In this document: positions 41,501 through 57,200 of the stretch, in pieces
Position numbering within the stretch: position 1 is the stretch's first letter
Layout of the letters: each line of letters begins with the position of its first letter
NCBI GenBank assembly: GCA_951406725.2
Contig: OX597826.1
Location: 1,302,001 to 1,366,000, forward strand
Direction: 5' to 3'
Length of the DNA: 64,000 nucleotides
From: Octopus vulgaris
Lineage: Eukaryota
The notes under the pieces: generated by a model
What the model was told of the DNA's origin: nothing
The model's database searches: none
The model's input: only the letters and a program-made list of their open reading frames with translations
Made by a program: the position numbers and the translations under genes

Positions 41501-44500
41501 ACTGCTTTTTATGAACAAAATTAAAACTGTTACCTATCTTGAATATTATACAAAAATACTGTAAACATGGAACAGCACTTAATATATTAAAATATATATT
41601 TGAACTGCTTTTAATCTCGTTCATAAAAAGTGCTTGGAATAATAATAATAATAATAATAATCCTTTCTGCTAAGGCCTGAAATTTGGGGGAGTAGAGGGG
41701 ACTGGTTGATTACATCCACCCCAGTGTTTCACTGATATTTAATTTATTGACCTCAAAAGGATGAAAGGCAAAGTCAACCTTGGTGAAATTTCAACTCACA
41801 ACATAGCATCAGGTGAAATAACACTAAGCATTTTATCTGGCACGCTAACGATTCTGCTAGTTCGCCACCTTATTAATCCTAATAATAATAAAAAATTTTA
41901 AACTGACCGTGCAGGCAATCATTTAAAACCATAAAACCTCAGAATGCACTTGTTAGACAACAAAGTGATAATTGTGAACCTGGAAGGCAAAGATGCCTTG
42001 AAATATACCCTGGTGAGGTGAGGAAAATATTAGCCAAAAAGCATCATTCAAAGAACAGAACAAATGGGAAGATTGCAGTTCGAAAGATAAACATGATAAA
42101 TGGATTAAAGCAAAAACAGGGATTAGATTCTGCATCATCTACAACTGCTGAAAATGCAGCAGAGCATGCTGAACAAACAGAAATGTCTGTTGTCACCTTT
42201 TCGGATCTCTTTTTAAAAGGATTTCGCATAGGACACATAAGTCCAGATGATGACCTATGGACGCTCTTCTGTAAGACCATGGAGATATTATATATACACA
42301 GATATATATATGTAAATGTTTTATATATATACAAACACACGCCATATAAAAATAGTCTAAGGATGTAATAATTAATAAACTGAATACCTAATTTGAAACA
42401 TAAGTTTCATTAAAAATCTGAGTCAAAATTGATGGAGACAGCTTGACAAATAATTACTGATGCATAGTTTACAAGTTAAAAGTTGTAAAGAATTCATTCA
42501 AAAATGGATTTTATGAATCTTAAAATATAAGTGAAAGATATGTGTGTAAATTTTACAGTTAAATACCACACTTAATTTTTGAAACTTATGACTATATTAA
42601 AAATGAAGTTAAAAAGAAAAATCTATAATAAAAAAACAAAACAAAACAAAAATATTTGGTATATTTTGTAAAAACAAAATTGCAGTTAAAATATAGATGG
42701 AAGAGTAAGTAGTAAACACACAGAAACTTGGAAGTTAGCGAAAGCTATCTAAGAGAAACTTTTCAAGCCATATTCTTATTAACAGTTCCTAAATGAACTT
42801 CAAAAGCAAAAATATTACAAATTATACAGTCACACTAGCAAAATTAATTATAAGTTTTGAAACTGTTGCTTGATCAATTCTTAAAGCACAATCAGAAAAA
42901 CAAATTACATTAACTCAATTCGTAACAACAAAATCTGTCCATCAGTTATTTTTCAACCAATTTTATTCCGGCTGTAACTTAACCCTTTGCCATTTAAGCT
43001 GATCATATCTTGCCCAAATATTCAACTGTTTTTACACTCAAACTAACCAGATCCAGCCTCTCCACCTACTCTACAATGTCATTCTAAAAACAACAATTAC
43101 ATCATCGTTAGATTTTGAAACCATCGGATAATGCATGATTAATTCAAAACAACAATAATAAGAATAATTTGAACGTTAAAGGGTTCAAATTCTAATTCAG
43201 CATGAACTAGATACGAAAAAATCTTGCATCTATAAAGAGATGACACCAAACTTTGAGAATATCAAAAAGGGACTTAAGTTTTATGTCCTGCTCTTGCAAA
43301 TGCACCTTCCAGCTATTCTAACCCTTATTTTAATTGTGATATATCTCTATATGGCTTACCTTCCAAATTTTGCTTTTTAACTCAATAACACAGGTGATAG
43401 ATTGAGCGGGATGGATGAATTTTGAAAATTTCATCTTTAGCATATGAAAGCATTTGAGACAACGAAATGTCAACTTATGGACCAAAGTTGGTAGTTCAGT
43501 TACATTAATCTCATAAATGTTATTCCTTTAAAATGTGCTTAGTTATATTCAGAGAGGGCTTTTTTCCTACAAATAACTAGAACAAAATCGATTGCAGCAT
43601 GGAAGCCATTTAAAAACACACAAAAATCGTTAGATTCATTTCAACATTTAAATTTAATTTGTCAAAATATTTTTGTCACTCAGAAATTGCAACCTGTTCA
43701 CTGACAAAATTCTGTGCTCTAATTTTGGGCCAGTAGGGGCAGTGGGTACCAGCAACTTCAGGTTGATGAAATAAAGTACTTTGTACATATTTTATTGAAC
43801 CCAAAAAGATGGAAAAAAAGCTGATCTTGATGGGATTTGAACTCATAATGTAAAGGGCTGGAACAAATACTGCAAAATATTTTCCTGACATTCTAACAAT
43901 TCTGCCAAGCCTCTGCCTTTAGCAGAATTATAAAATTATAATAATAAGGGGAAACTACATTTTCGTCTGAATGAAGTGCTTCCATTTCTGTTTCGAGATA
44001 CTCAAAGAAAAGAATTGTGTTAATAGTTTCCAAATTTAATTTAGGGCTTCAGCTAATAACCAATTTTCTAAATCAGTATTCAACATGTGATCTAAACTGA
44101 TATTTGTGTTACATAAGTTATTCAGGTCTTTCTTAGCCTAAAGATTTATAATTAAAATATATATATATATATATTACAATAATGATTCTTGTCTCAAAGA
44201 CATTAGCGATCACTTGGTTAGGTGAAATATTTATAATGAAAAATTGGAATCAGATATCAGATTAAACTGGTGATCTTGGTGCCACTACAATTGCCAATGA
44301 TGTGAAATGTTAATCCAAGCTCAAGTGACATTCAGTAAAATCAGTTGTAATATATTCCAGCATTTATTACGGATATATTATTGATAATAAATAAACAGCG
44401 AAATTAATCCCTAAAGAATTTTTAAAATGCAGAACTATGAGTCAGCAAAGTTAAACACAAACTATTGAGGATCAGCTTTCTAACTTTGAATCAACAATCT

Positions 44501-47500
44501 TTATCCCAACACGTTTTCCTTCCCATCTTGAAACTTCTCAAAATGAAAACAATCAAGTATTAAAAAGCCAAAAAGATTAGCCAAAACAGACAGATTAACA
44601 ACAGAGACACATACAGGAAAATAAATCTATAGCATACTTAATTAACTCAATGTCTTCATTCCGTTTTAAGACTAAAGTACAAAACCAACTTTGCTGGAAT
44701 TCTGTTTGGTCCAGTTTTCTAGTTTAATTTAACTTTCTACTTTCATTGTAGAGTTGTTACAATGAAGTTGTTGATTAAAGGTTAAATCAACCTGAAGACC
44801 AAACTGCCGGTGCAACATGGTCACTAAAAGTTTTTTTTCCTTCCATTGTCGGTGAAATACAATTTAGATTGCAATGTTTTCCTATTTAAAAACTATAGAA
44901 ATATCTACAAAACATTTCACTAACACAAGAAATTACTGGTACGTATTTCAATATTAAACTATTTCATAAATTAATGAACACATTTAAATGATGTACAACC
45001 ATCTTTAGCAACTTATAATCACGTGCAATAATATCATCCAAAAATTAAGACCATCAACACCAATGAATTAGGACTACTGGGGGCTACCATCAACTTAAGA
45101 AACACAACAGAGCACCAGGATTTTTTCTTACGTCTACTCTACAAAAAGTAATTACAAGCTGAGTTTTAATATCAATGTGTTCTTAATTAACAATGCTGAA
45201 ATTTTACTTTTGCAAACATTAAACTAAAAGATATACACTAAAACTATTCAAACACCATGCATATCATCATCAACATCCTAATCATTATAATAATAATTAT
45301 GGTTAGTAATAATGAGAACAAGAAATAAAGTACTAAAACAAATATACAAAAATTTATAAGTGTTAGAGACAGTATAATCTAAACAGAATCCGAGCCAGAA
45401 ACAAAACTAATTATTTAAGAATTAATATCGGCTAAAACCACATCTGTTAACACTTCGTAAAACGAACTACAAACATATTTATCCAAACACTGAATAGTTT
45501 CCTTCTAGAATAATGCTTTAAGAACGACTCAACTTGTGTAGCTATGCACTGTTGAACAGTAGTAGAGATAAATTTCGGTTGTGACTATGACAACAGAGTT
45601 CTTTTCAATGGCAATAAGAATGAGTTATAAACGATCGATAGAGAAATTTCTTAAAGGAACAAAAACTGCTAAGTTAAACAGAAGACAAGAACTGAAGCCA
45701 TGAAGCGGAGACTGAAAACAAGAGCAGATAACAGAGAGAGAGAGACGGAAGGGTAAAACGTTTTAATTTCGAAAATCTCTTCGACACAACAGAATTAACT
45801 GGCTCAAGTCTTGAAGAGAAATTAATTGTTCTCAGCTGAGAATCAAAGTCCAGCCATGAAGAAATTTCTTTTAAAGAGAAAATATTTTGCCAAGAAAAGA
45901 CATAAGTGAGCCTAAGAAACATATCCAACAATAATTTTCTCTATTTTTGTAATTCTAATTAATGAGCTACAATAAGGATGAGCAAATCAAATAAAATCAC
46001 CCCAAAACAAAACAAAGCAAAACAAAAAAGACCTTTTTGGACTGTTTCTTGATACTCTCAGTGTCTGAGACATCTACCTCCACAGATTCCACTTCCTGTT
46101 GTAATAATACAGGGGAGTTAGAAAATTTTGTATAAAAAAATTAACATAAAAAAACCCCCAACTGTTTCTGTCAATTTATCAGGTTTTAAATGAGAAATAA
46201 AACCCCTCAAGTCTGTTTGGTCCATATTCGTCATCAGTTTTGTCTTTTAATAAAAATTTATTTTCAAAATTAGCAAAGTTCTTTTTTTTCTCTGGTTTCA
46301 TTTAATATCTTATTAAAAGTTAAGGTGATGGTAGTTGTCTGAGAAATACAGGTATGAATTTGGTCATTTGTTTAGAAATTATGTAAAATTATATGAGAAT
46401 GACTTGTATTGGAGCTTTACTTGCTGTATTGCTAGTGAGTATTTCATCGATCTTTTACTAAAAGAGTAATAAGAAAATGGACTTCGTCAGATTTGCTGCT
46501 TCTCACTCTAGAAAGTTGAGCAGGAACCCAGTGATAGAGAAATGATTAAAATGAGTACTGAAGACGACAACTTGTGCCATGAAGCTGCCTGAAAACAAAG
46601 GCAGATAACTGAGACAGACTGAAGGGTAAAACTTTCCAGCTTAGAAAATCTCTCCAACAGAACAGAATTTAACTGGTACAGGTCTTGACGAGTAATTAAT
46701 TTATCAATGGTTCTCAGTTCAGAATTAAAACAGGTGTCAATTTAAAGGAGTTTTGAGTTTTTTTTCTTAAAGTGAATATCTTTTGCCAACAAAAAAGGCC
46801 TGAGAAATAGTTAAATCAGCCTAAGAAACAGAGCCAATAATTTTTTCTGTCCTCTTAATCCATCTCCTACAGTTAAGATCAGCCAGAGAACAAATCGAAT
46901 AAAATCACTCAACAACAAAAACAGAAAAAGACCTTTTCGGGTTCTTTCTTCTTGGTTTCCGTAACTTCTACCTCCACTTTTTTCACTTCCTGTTGCAATT
47001 ATAGAGGGGAGTTAGAAAACTTTGTTAAATAACAACTAGAAAATTTTTAAATAATATCATCACAAAACTCCAACTGTTTATATCAATTTATCTAGTTTTA
47101 AGTGAAAAACAAAAAGCTTCAAATCCTTTTAATACATCCCTTTGTCATTTTTACACTTTAATAAAACTTCATTAAAATTTATTTAAAAAAAAAAAAGGAA
47201 GCTATTTTTTTGCTTTTGTTTCATTCAATGTCTCATTAAAATGCAGATTATGAGATTTGTCTGCGAACTATAAGCATAGGTTTTATCAGTTGCTTACTAT
47301 ATTACTAGCAGACATTTGATTGACTTTTAACTAAAAGAATGAAACTAAAATTGACTTAGATTTGCTGCTTCTCACTCTAGAAACTTGAGCAGGAACCCAA
47401 TGATAGAGAAATGATTAAAACGAGTACTGAAGACGACAACTTGTGCCATGAAGCTGCCTGAAAACAAAGGCAGATAACTGAGACAGACTGAAGGGTAAAA

Positions 47501-50500
47501 CTTTCCAGCTTAGAAAATCTCTCCAACAGAACAGAATTTAACTGGTACAGGTCTTGACGAGTAATTAATTTATCAATTGTCCTCAGTTCAGAATTAAAAC
47601 AGGTGTCAATTTAAAGGGTTTTTTTTTGAAAGAGAAGATCTTTTGCCAACAAAAATGGCTTGGGATATACATATTAAGTCAGCCTAAGAAACAGCCAATA
47701 ATTTTTTTCAGTATTTTTGTAATTTCAATTTATCTACTAGAATAAAGATCAGCATGCCACAGAGCAAATTGAATAAAATCACTCAACAACAAAAGCAGAA
47801 AAAGACCTTTTCGGGTTCTTTCTTCTTGGTTTCCGTAATTTCTACCTCCACTTTTTTCACTTCAACTTCCTGTCACAGAAAATTTTATTAAATAATATCA
47901 TCACAAAACTCCAGCTGTTTATATCAATTTATCTCATTTTAAGGGAATAATAAAAAGCCTTAAATCCTTTTAATCCATTCCCTTCATCATTTATACATTT
48001 TAATAAAACTTCATTAAAATTTATTAAAAATAAAAGCCCTTTTTTAAAATTTCATTTAATGTCTCATTAAACTTCAGATTGGGGAGTTGTCTGCAAACTA
48101 TAAGCATAGGTTTTATCAGTTGCTTACTATATTACTAGTAAATATTTGATTGACTTTTAAAAAAAAAAGTGAAACTAAAATTGACTTAGATTTGCTGCTT
48201 CTCACTCTAGAAACTTGAGCAGGAACCCAATGATAGAGAAATGATTAAAACGAGTACTGAAGACGACAACTTGTGCCATGAAGCTGCCTGAAAACAAAGG
48301 CAGATAACTGAGACAGACTGAAGGGTAAAACTTTCCAGCTTAGAAAATCTCTCCAACAGAACAGAATTTAACCGGTACAGGTCTTGAAGAGAAATTTATT
48401 AATCAATTAATTAATTGTTCTCAACTGAGAATCAAAACAGGTGTCAATCTGAAGAAATTTCTTTTCAAGGGAAAATATTTTGTCATTAGAAAAGAGCTTA
48501 GATATACATATTAGTTAAGTGAGCCTAAGAAACAGAGCCAATAATTTTTTTCAGTATTTTTGTAATTTCAATTTATCTACTAGAATAAAGATCAGCATGC
48601 CACAGAGCAAATCGAATAAAATCACCCAACAAAACAAAAACAGAAAAAGACCTTTTCGGGTTCTTTCTTCTTGGTTTCCGTAACTTCTACCTCCACTGTT
48701 TTCACTTCAACTTCCTGTTGCAATTATACAGGGGAGTTAGAAAATTTTATGTTAAAAAACCCCAAAAGACTCAAATTCAATCCATCCCTTTCATCATTAT
48801 CATTTTTATCTCTCTTCCTTAACATTTTCATAGACAGAATAGAAACCAGTCGTCTTCAATATATCTTGCTCCCACATCGGCTTCAGTGCTTGTAGAACTG
48901 GAGAGCATTCCTACATGTTCTACTGACTGCAGATCCCAATGTGCGGAGGTTTTATTGTTTCAGAAGAGGTAGACAAGTACGTAAAAAATGCACACATACA
49001 CACACACATATATATACATACATAGTCACATATGCACACACACACACACACACACACAAAATACATGTATAACCTCATTTGCATGCATGCATCCATACAT
49101 ACATATTTAAAGCGTTAAAGTTTGGATTAATGATAGAGGACACAATTGTATCTGGAGAACGACATAAACCTGCTAAACAAGCAGTTTTATGTCAGAGGGT
49201 ATGACCAGGCGTTTAAGTGAATATTTGTTTCTCTTCAATACAGGCCTGTAATTTAAGACATCTGATGCTGTCTTGTCAATAAACTGTATCCTGATCACAA
49301 TGAAAACACAACACAAGACTATAGTTAATAATAAATGAATACACTTTTGATTTTCCAAACACACACACATATTGAAGGCATAGAAGTATCTGAAATTAAA
49401 ATTTTTTTAAATATGAATTACTGAATTATATAAATTAAAATATACTTTATAGTTAAATTACATAGGAATAAAAAATGTTCATTTATCAACAAGAATCTTT
49501 AATTATTGATACACAGAAAACATTGTACTTTCCTGAAACAGTAATATTAGTAACAATACAAAGTGAAAGAGATCAATAGATTTCAACAATTCCTCAATAC
49601 CACAAACCAAAGCAAAGACAGAAAAAAGAAATGTCATGCAAAAAGTAAAGGATTTCCAGCTCAGAGTATAACAATATGTCTTTGAGAAGAGGAATAAGAA
49701 ATGTATTAAAGCAAAATGAAGTGAAGAGTGTGAAATAGCCTCATCATCCTCATCTATTGTTTAAAAAAAATATTCTTTTCCTTGTTTCAGCCATTGGACT
49801 GTTGCCATGCTGGGGCACCAGTTTGATGAGTTCAGTCAATCTAATCAACCCCAGTTCTTATTCTAAGTTTGGTATTTATACTGTTGGTCTCTTTTTGTTG
49901 AACCACTGAGTTACAGGAATGTAAACAAACCAATACTGGTTGTAAAGTTTTGAAAGACAAGTACACACATGGTGAGCTTTTGTGCAGTTTCTGGCTATCA
50001 AAGCCACTCACAAAGCATTGGTCAACCTGGGGTGGGGGGGGCGCCCACAGTAGAAAACATTTGCTTAAAATGCTGTGCCATGGGACTTAATGCAAAACCA
50101 CATGTTTGTAAAGTGAACATTTCAACAATACAGCCATGCCTACCACTAGAAGACACCCAAAGTGCTGCACACTGGGCCTATAAAAATTACTGGAAAGAAA
50201 ATTGTGGAGAAAGGGGCTAAAATAAATGCTCTTTGACACCCTTACATCTATGAACCTGTAATTCAGTTTTCAGCATTGGTCTTGACAGAATTTGCTGTGA
50301 AATATGTTTGGATTATCCTCACTGTCATTGTTTTAGCATCCAGTTTTCCAGTTGCTTGGGTCAGATGGAATTTATTGAGTTGGATTTTCTACAGCTGGAT
50401 GCTCTTCCTATCGCCAAACCTTTACTTGATTCCCAACTTGGAATACAACTGGATAATTTCACTTGCATTTCATTTAGTTTTTCTCTGCACCCCATCCACA

Positions 50501-51152
50501 GTATTATACTATTTAGAGGCCATGTTAATGGTAGGAATAAGTAACCATTGAATGGATTATAAGAGCTTGTTGGTGTGTTTTTCTAATTGTAAGGTACCAG
50601 GTAACTAACTGGGAGGTTACAAGTTCAGATCTTGTCAGAGACATGGCATTGTGACAACCATCAAGTTACTTAACACTCAACACCTGAAGACATCTTGCTC
50701 AGAATGTAACTTATGAAAAAAATGGCCCTGGGACTCAAGTTGCGTGTTTTCTCCGAAGGCTGGGAAAAAGAAGAACTCATCTAAAACAGAGAAGAAATTT
50801 TCGGCAGAGAAAATATTTTTTTTTTACCAGATGCATTCCTTAGTCTGACGCAGGCAGAATGTTATTTTCAATTTTATATAATTGTGATTAGCTACATTAA
50901 ATTTAAAGGATATCTTCATCAGTAATTAAAAAAAAATTGAACTGGGATAAAAGAGAATGAGGAAAATGATTGTTAGAATAGGGGAAAAAAGCTGCAAGTT
51001 AGTAAAGAACCATAAGGATCATTAGTATGTGATGTAGGAGAGGGAAAAGAAGAAATAGGTTAGACGTGAAGAGGACAGAAGTTGAAAATCAACCAGCAGA
51101 GAAGAAGAGGAGTGGATTGAAAAACCGTGCCACGATATTGAAATTGAGACAG

Positions 51153-51205
<53 letters not shown>

Positions 51206-54200
51206 TGTGTACAAGACAATAGATGAGATAATGGAAAGAACTCTTGCAAAAACTAAGGAAAGCTTAAGTTGCAGCTTTCAGTACTAGTGTTAGTGACTAA
51301 TAGAAAGACACTAAATGATTAGTTCACCAAATAGATTGGAACTGGGAATAATAAATTAGTGGATAATAAATTGACATTTATGTGCAGGTATATATGTATA
51401 TGTACACATGAGTAAGCATAAATATACAGGTATATGCACACATAAGTAATTCACGGTTGCCATTTAGTGAAGGAAAACTAGAGGCAGAGTGGTTGTTTAG
51501 TAGAGAACCCAAAAGTTAGAGAGCTCAAATGCAATGTAAGTGAGAAATTAGAAACCTGAGTCATTTCTTTTTCAGTTGGAGATGCAGGAGGTGTTTTGCC
51601 CTTATCTTTATCTTTTGGATGTTTTCTAAATTTGCCAAATAAGCCAAGTCTTCCTTTCTCTTTTCCCTGGAGTATTTATAAAAATGGACAGAGTGAGAGT
51701 AGGAAATACAATGAAAGGAGATGAAATGGTGAGAGAACAGGACTATTTCGCTTGTAGTCTTCAGATTTATTTTATTGACCCTGAAAGGATTAAAAAACAA
51801 AGTCAACCTTGATGGCATTTGAACTCAGAATGTTAAGTTGGAAGTAATGCTGCTAAGCATTTTTTCCAGCACAGTAACAATTCTGCCAGCTTGTCACCTC
51901 AAAACTTCTTGGTGTCATAAATGTCCATTCAGACCTTGTCAGATAAGCTGTGGCTTGATCTGGAGGTAGAGCAATTTAGAGAGGAAGCAAAATGGGAAAA
52001 AAAAAGAAAAAAATGTTTTGAAATTGTACTTATCTAACAAGTGTTTTGATAAATGTCTGTATATTGAAGGTGAAGTGAGTATATCATTGAAGAAGCATTT
52101 TAGCCATGTCAAAATCCACATGAGCTGTGGCCTGGTCACAGTTTTACTGCAAACCGTTTGAAAGTTTGCTAATAGCCAGTTTTTTTCATAGAACCCATCT
52201 TTGCTTGCTTTCATGATGATAAAGACATGAGTATTCATGCTGACCGATCTTGGTCTCTTGATAGTAGCCATCACTAGTTACTTGGTACTTGCATTAGTAA
52301 ATTTCACCAGATTCCAGTGTATACTGCATATACACACACGAGAAGCAACATGTACAGTAGGTGAAAATTTTGCTGGGGATATACTAGCTTCAATGGTACT
52401 AAAGTGGTCGAGAAACATATTTCCCATCCAAGAACAAAGCGGCAGTCCTTCCAACATTTTATTTCAAGCACACTCTCTCTTATAATGTCATCTTTATATT
52501 ATATCAGAAGAGAGTTTTTTTTTTTTTTGTATTTATGAAGCATAACTGTTGTTAAATGAAGGCTCCAGAGGAATGACTGCTAGTGCCAGGGAGGCAGCAC
52601 AAGTAAATCCAAATTCAAACAAAACCTTCATCAATTGAGCTAAAATCTGCCAACAGCGTGTCTTCATGGTATCTATGAGTGAATCAGTAATTCAACAATT
52701 CTGTGGCTGTTATTAACTTTATCAGAAGCTTATTATGTTTATTATTGTATAAGTAGTTAATATACACAAATAGCAGCTACTATAATCTATATACATGTGA
52801 ATTAGCTACTAACCTCATAACGACCAGCTAAGACTGGCCCTTCAATGTTTTTTTTTAATAGTTAGGGTTAGTGTTACGATTAGATTAGAGAATGGATGTT
52901 CAGTGATGATAGAACAACTTTGATATATCAATTTTGGGTTTGTTACTGAATGACAAATACTCAAGGATTTGTTGATACAGAGAACAGCAATTACAATAAA
53001 CCAGGACATAAAAATGTTTTGCAAAAGTGTTTCAGGGTCAGTGCAGTTATAAAGATCTTTCTTTTTTTTTTGGCTCACAGAAATAGACAAAATACCAAAA
53101 ATATGTTGCCAGAAATATTTTTTTGCCAATGGTGCTGCAACCAAAATAAATTAATGGCTGTGATGATGGACAGCCAGTGCACTTGAATTTTATCAGAAAC
53201 AACATTTTTCTTCCAAATGGTAAATGTTTATAAATATAATTCAACATCATCCTCATTGTTCTTACATCTGTTTTTTCCATGCTGGCATGAATGAGATGAA
53301 ACTTATTGACATAGCATTCTACAGTCAGATCCTTTTCCGGTCACCAGACTGACCCTATTTTCAATGAAGTTATTTTTATTCCACTGTTCTTCAGAGGCCA
53401 AGCTCTTAGGGGGCACACTGTGTATGAGGGACATACACATGACAAGTCATTTAAATGGTGTTGAGTAAAGGCACATGGAAAGGAAGCATTTATATTCAGG
53501 ACAGGTTTTTCTACATTTTCTCACAATCAATTTTACTCAAAAAGGCATTAGCTCGGCCCAAGCTGCTCAAGGTGTCATCCAGTGGGATGGAACTCAAAAC
53601 CATGTGATTACAAAATGAACTCTGAATCCATGCAGCCATGCCTACACCAGCAATAAGAATCATTTGCTTTATCTGAATGACCACTTATCTGTGACCACTG
53701 GTCAGCTGGTCTGATTATTTTTTTTTAAACAGAGAAAGTGGATGGGCTTTCATCAGCTTTAACCCATGATAACGAAACTTGTAATTAAATTACACTAAGT
53801 CTCGATTAATTTCGAAAAATAAATCAAAAGTTTGGAGGAACTTCGTACAATAACTGTTTTCACACAATGGAATATCTCAAACTGGTGACTGAAACCTAAA
53901 AGATTCTGACATACTATTAGGATGGAAGATGTAAATGTAATTACAAGCACTTCTAAAACAGTTAGGTTTTTATATTAGGGAATTCTTAAGTGGTCTAAGG
54001 TGGTTTGGTATAAAAAGGAGTTAAATGGAAGAGGAGTATTTAAAGAGAATTGAATAACATTTGTGACCCTTTTGCTTTTAGTCTTCAGCATCTCTAACAA
54101 CTCTGTGTAAACATTACCAACCTTCTCTTTCTCAGCAGCAACTTCAGGTTCTTCCTGAGGTTTCTGTCCATTCTTAAGGTTGTTACTCTGCAAAAATACA

Positions 54201-57200
54201 ATAATTTTGAAGTGAAAATACAATATCGTGAAATTTTGTTTTAAATTAAAAAAAAAAAATATTGTTTGAAAAAAAGTTAATTGTAAGCTGCTGTCTTGAA
54301 TCAATCTAATAACGGTGGAACTTCAATAACGAACTGTTGTCAATAGAGTGTACTAAGTGCTTTTAACATGGCACATTTTGTCTGTCTTTTCAAGAATGCC
54401 AAACCACAAGATGTAAGGTGGATGGGAGACATAAACATGACAACCCAGTCACTTGAATAGTATCAGGCAAAACCACAAAGTAAACACTCTTGCACACATC
54501 TTTTATCATTTTCATGTTGACCAGTCCAAATGCTCAAAGTAGCCATTATGGGAATGGATAAATTTGATAATATCGAAACAAAAACTGGTTTTGGACTCTA
54601 AAGTAATCCACAAATTGATTATCCATACAAATGTTTTCTTCATCTTTCAGTCCTAAATTAACCAGAAAGTTATTTTTTTATATTGTGTTTAATATGAGGA
54701 ATTTGAGATGAAACTTTTTGCTAACAACAGCTGGCTGGTAACCCTTTAACCCTTTTGTTACCATATTTCTGTTGAGATACTCTGTTTCTTTCAATTAATT
54801 TTAAACATAACAGAGAAATTAGTAAAATAACGAAGCGAGGGTTAGGAACATAAATTGTGACAGGTTTGGTGGAAGATTTTAATTCAGAACTTTTGAAAAC
54901 AAGACAGTTGTACTACAGGGCCAGAGCCAGTTTCAGCTGGGTCAGTATTGAAAGGGTTAAGCAGATAAAGTGTTTGGGATCCACTAATTTTGATATGAAC
55001 AGGGATGGCTGAGTGATTAAGAAGCTTGCTTTACAACCATGTGATTTTGGGTTCAGTCCTATCGTGCAGCAACTAAGGCAAGTGTCTTCTACTACAGTCC
55101 CGAACCAATCAATGCTTTGCAAGTGAATTTGGTAGATGGAAACTGTGTGGAAGCCCACTGAGTGCATGTGTGTGTGTCTTAGTGTTTGAGTTTGTCCACC
55201 ATCCGCCACACAAACAGTGTTGGTTTGTTTATGTCCTTATAGCAGTTTGGTAAAAGAGTCTGACAGAATAAGTACCAAAAAAAAAAAAAGATACTTGGGC
55301 TGATTTGTTCAACTAAACTTTGGGAGGCAATGCCCCAGCATGGCCACAGTCCAGTAGCTGAAATAAGTAAAGGAAAGAATAACTAGTTGATAACATTATC
55401 AGTGGTTATAATGAACAGCTTGCTCTGTGTCTGAATCTCAATCAACGCAGAAAAGAATATATATTGTTGAAAGAGATTAGTGATTTTATCCACCTGGTGG
55501 TGGGTCGAAAGATTAGCCTGACTGTCCACTAAAACTTATAGGGATCCAATGGGAAGTGTGTTATGGTCATCACTACTAATTTTCTAATTGCTAACACAAT
55601 GGGACACAGTACTGACTTATACCGTGTGTCTACAAGTCATTAATATCTATGTACCAATGAAAAATATGCTATATACTTACAGTTTCAAGGTCTGCTGCAA
55701 CTGGTTTAACTGCATCAGCCCTGATTACTGATTCATCATCAGTCTATAACGGAAATAGAAATAATTTAACATCCAATATTTTCATTTCTCTTTTATATTT
55801 CTCCTCCAATAAATTATCTCTCAAAGGAGATGAAGTCATAAACAAAGCACAAAATACAAAATGGAATTCATTTAAAATAATCTAGTTTTAAATTCACAAT
55901 CTGGTAATTTCAAATTCATAATCTTTAGCATTAGTATACGTTTTGGAATGTAGAATTTTACAGACCTTTATTTTTTTTTTACAGAATAATGGTTGATATT
56001 GACAGTTAAAAATTTTTGATAAATGCCCGAGGGACAACTGCCCATAATCGGGGAGCACTTGGAGTCAGCAGAAACAGAAGTGATCGATAACTGCAATGGT
56101 GTGACATCCATGCACACAAACAAACCTACAGAATTCAGGATACTCAAATGGGTATCGTATTAAGATTTGTCATCCATCTGTGTTGATATCCTAATAAAAT
56201 GATTTAATAAGACATTTTCATTATTAAAACAATTAGAAAAAAAAAAAAAGTTTGGTTGATGAGGTTTCTCAGTAGATGCACCACTAGTACATGAAAACAA
56301 AAAAAAAACAACAAAAAACTCATGGAAAATTATATATCTCTTCATGTCTATTAAGCTATTTCAATTTATATATCCCAAACAATTATCAATCTCAAACAAA
56401 CCCTATAATGCCAGAAATATTGATGCTTTTACTAATATTACAAGAGTTCAAGACAATTAGTTTATTGTAACAACAAACTGTAGTTTTATAGTTAAAATGT
56501 CTAATAACTAATTCACGGTAAAAGCAACAGGAATAATTTTTTTTTAAGCCACAATGCTTCAGATTTTAGTAACAAAAAATTAGAACAGGTAGTATTTATA
56601 TTTCTAAACTAATTTTGAAGGTTGGATAGAGAGGAAACACAGAAATGGATGCTATCTCTAAGTCCATACAATATATGAGCTATATATATTAAAAAAGAAA
56701 AAAAAAGTAAAGTGTTACAAGTGCTTTGAACATTTGCATTAGTGCTTCAAGTGCGATAAAATGAATGTTTTAAAATCTATCTTTGGCAAGCATATTAGTA
56801 ACAAGCAATAAACAAACAAAAAGTCTATCATTTAAAATTAAAGTAAAAAGGGAAAAAAAATGAGAAAAGAACATTGAGAATATTTTGACTGATGTGAAAC
56901 GAATATTTAATGCAAGATAAATATTTATAAACACAAATACAAAACAAAAACAAAACGCGGAAAAAAAAAAGAACTACGTATATCTGAAAATACACACAGA
57001 ACTTATGTCAGAAGAAATAACTGGGTCACTGGGACAATAGATATAAAAGAAAGTTTTTGACAGAGGGCCTCAAAATCAAATCTGCTCGGTCGAGTCTACC
57101 TGTTAACTACAATCAAGCTCAATGAAATGAAGGCTTACGAGAGGTGCAACGGTTTTAAGTGAGGATTGAAAACTCCAGTTGACCTCTTGACCTCGACTTT

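Noticed and set aside
45650-48810. CRISPR-like array, or a snoRNA/miRNA cluster
   Set aside because: The units are about 850 bp with homologous spacers in a eukaryotic intron. I found no convincing C/D or H/ACA boxes and no long hairpin on the host strand, only a 6-bp CTGCCT/AGGCAG stem over the acceptor.
48828-48926. Protein-like frame SVEHVGMLSSSTSTEADVGARYIEDDWFLFCL*
   Set aside because: The polypyrimidine tract is poor and the only nearby donor is out of phase.
50670-50780. Strong acceptor followed by MSSSFSQPSEKTRNLSPRAIFFISYILSKMSSGVEC*
   Set aside because: There is no phase-0 donor and no homology. It cannot be told from a chance acceptor without RNA data.
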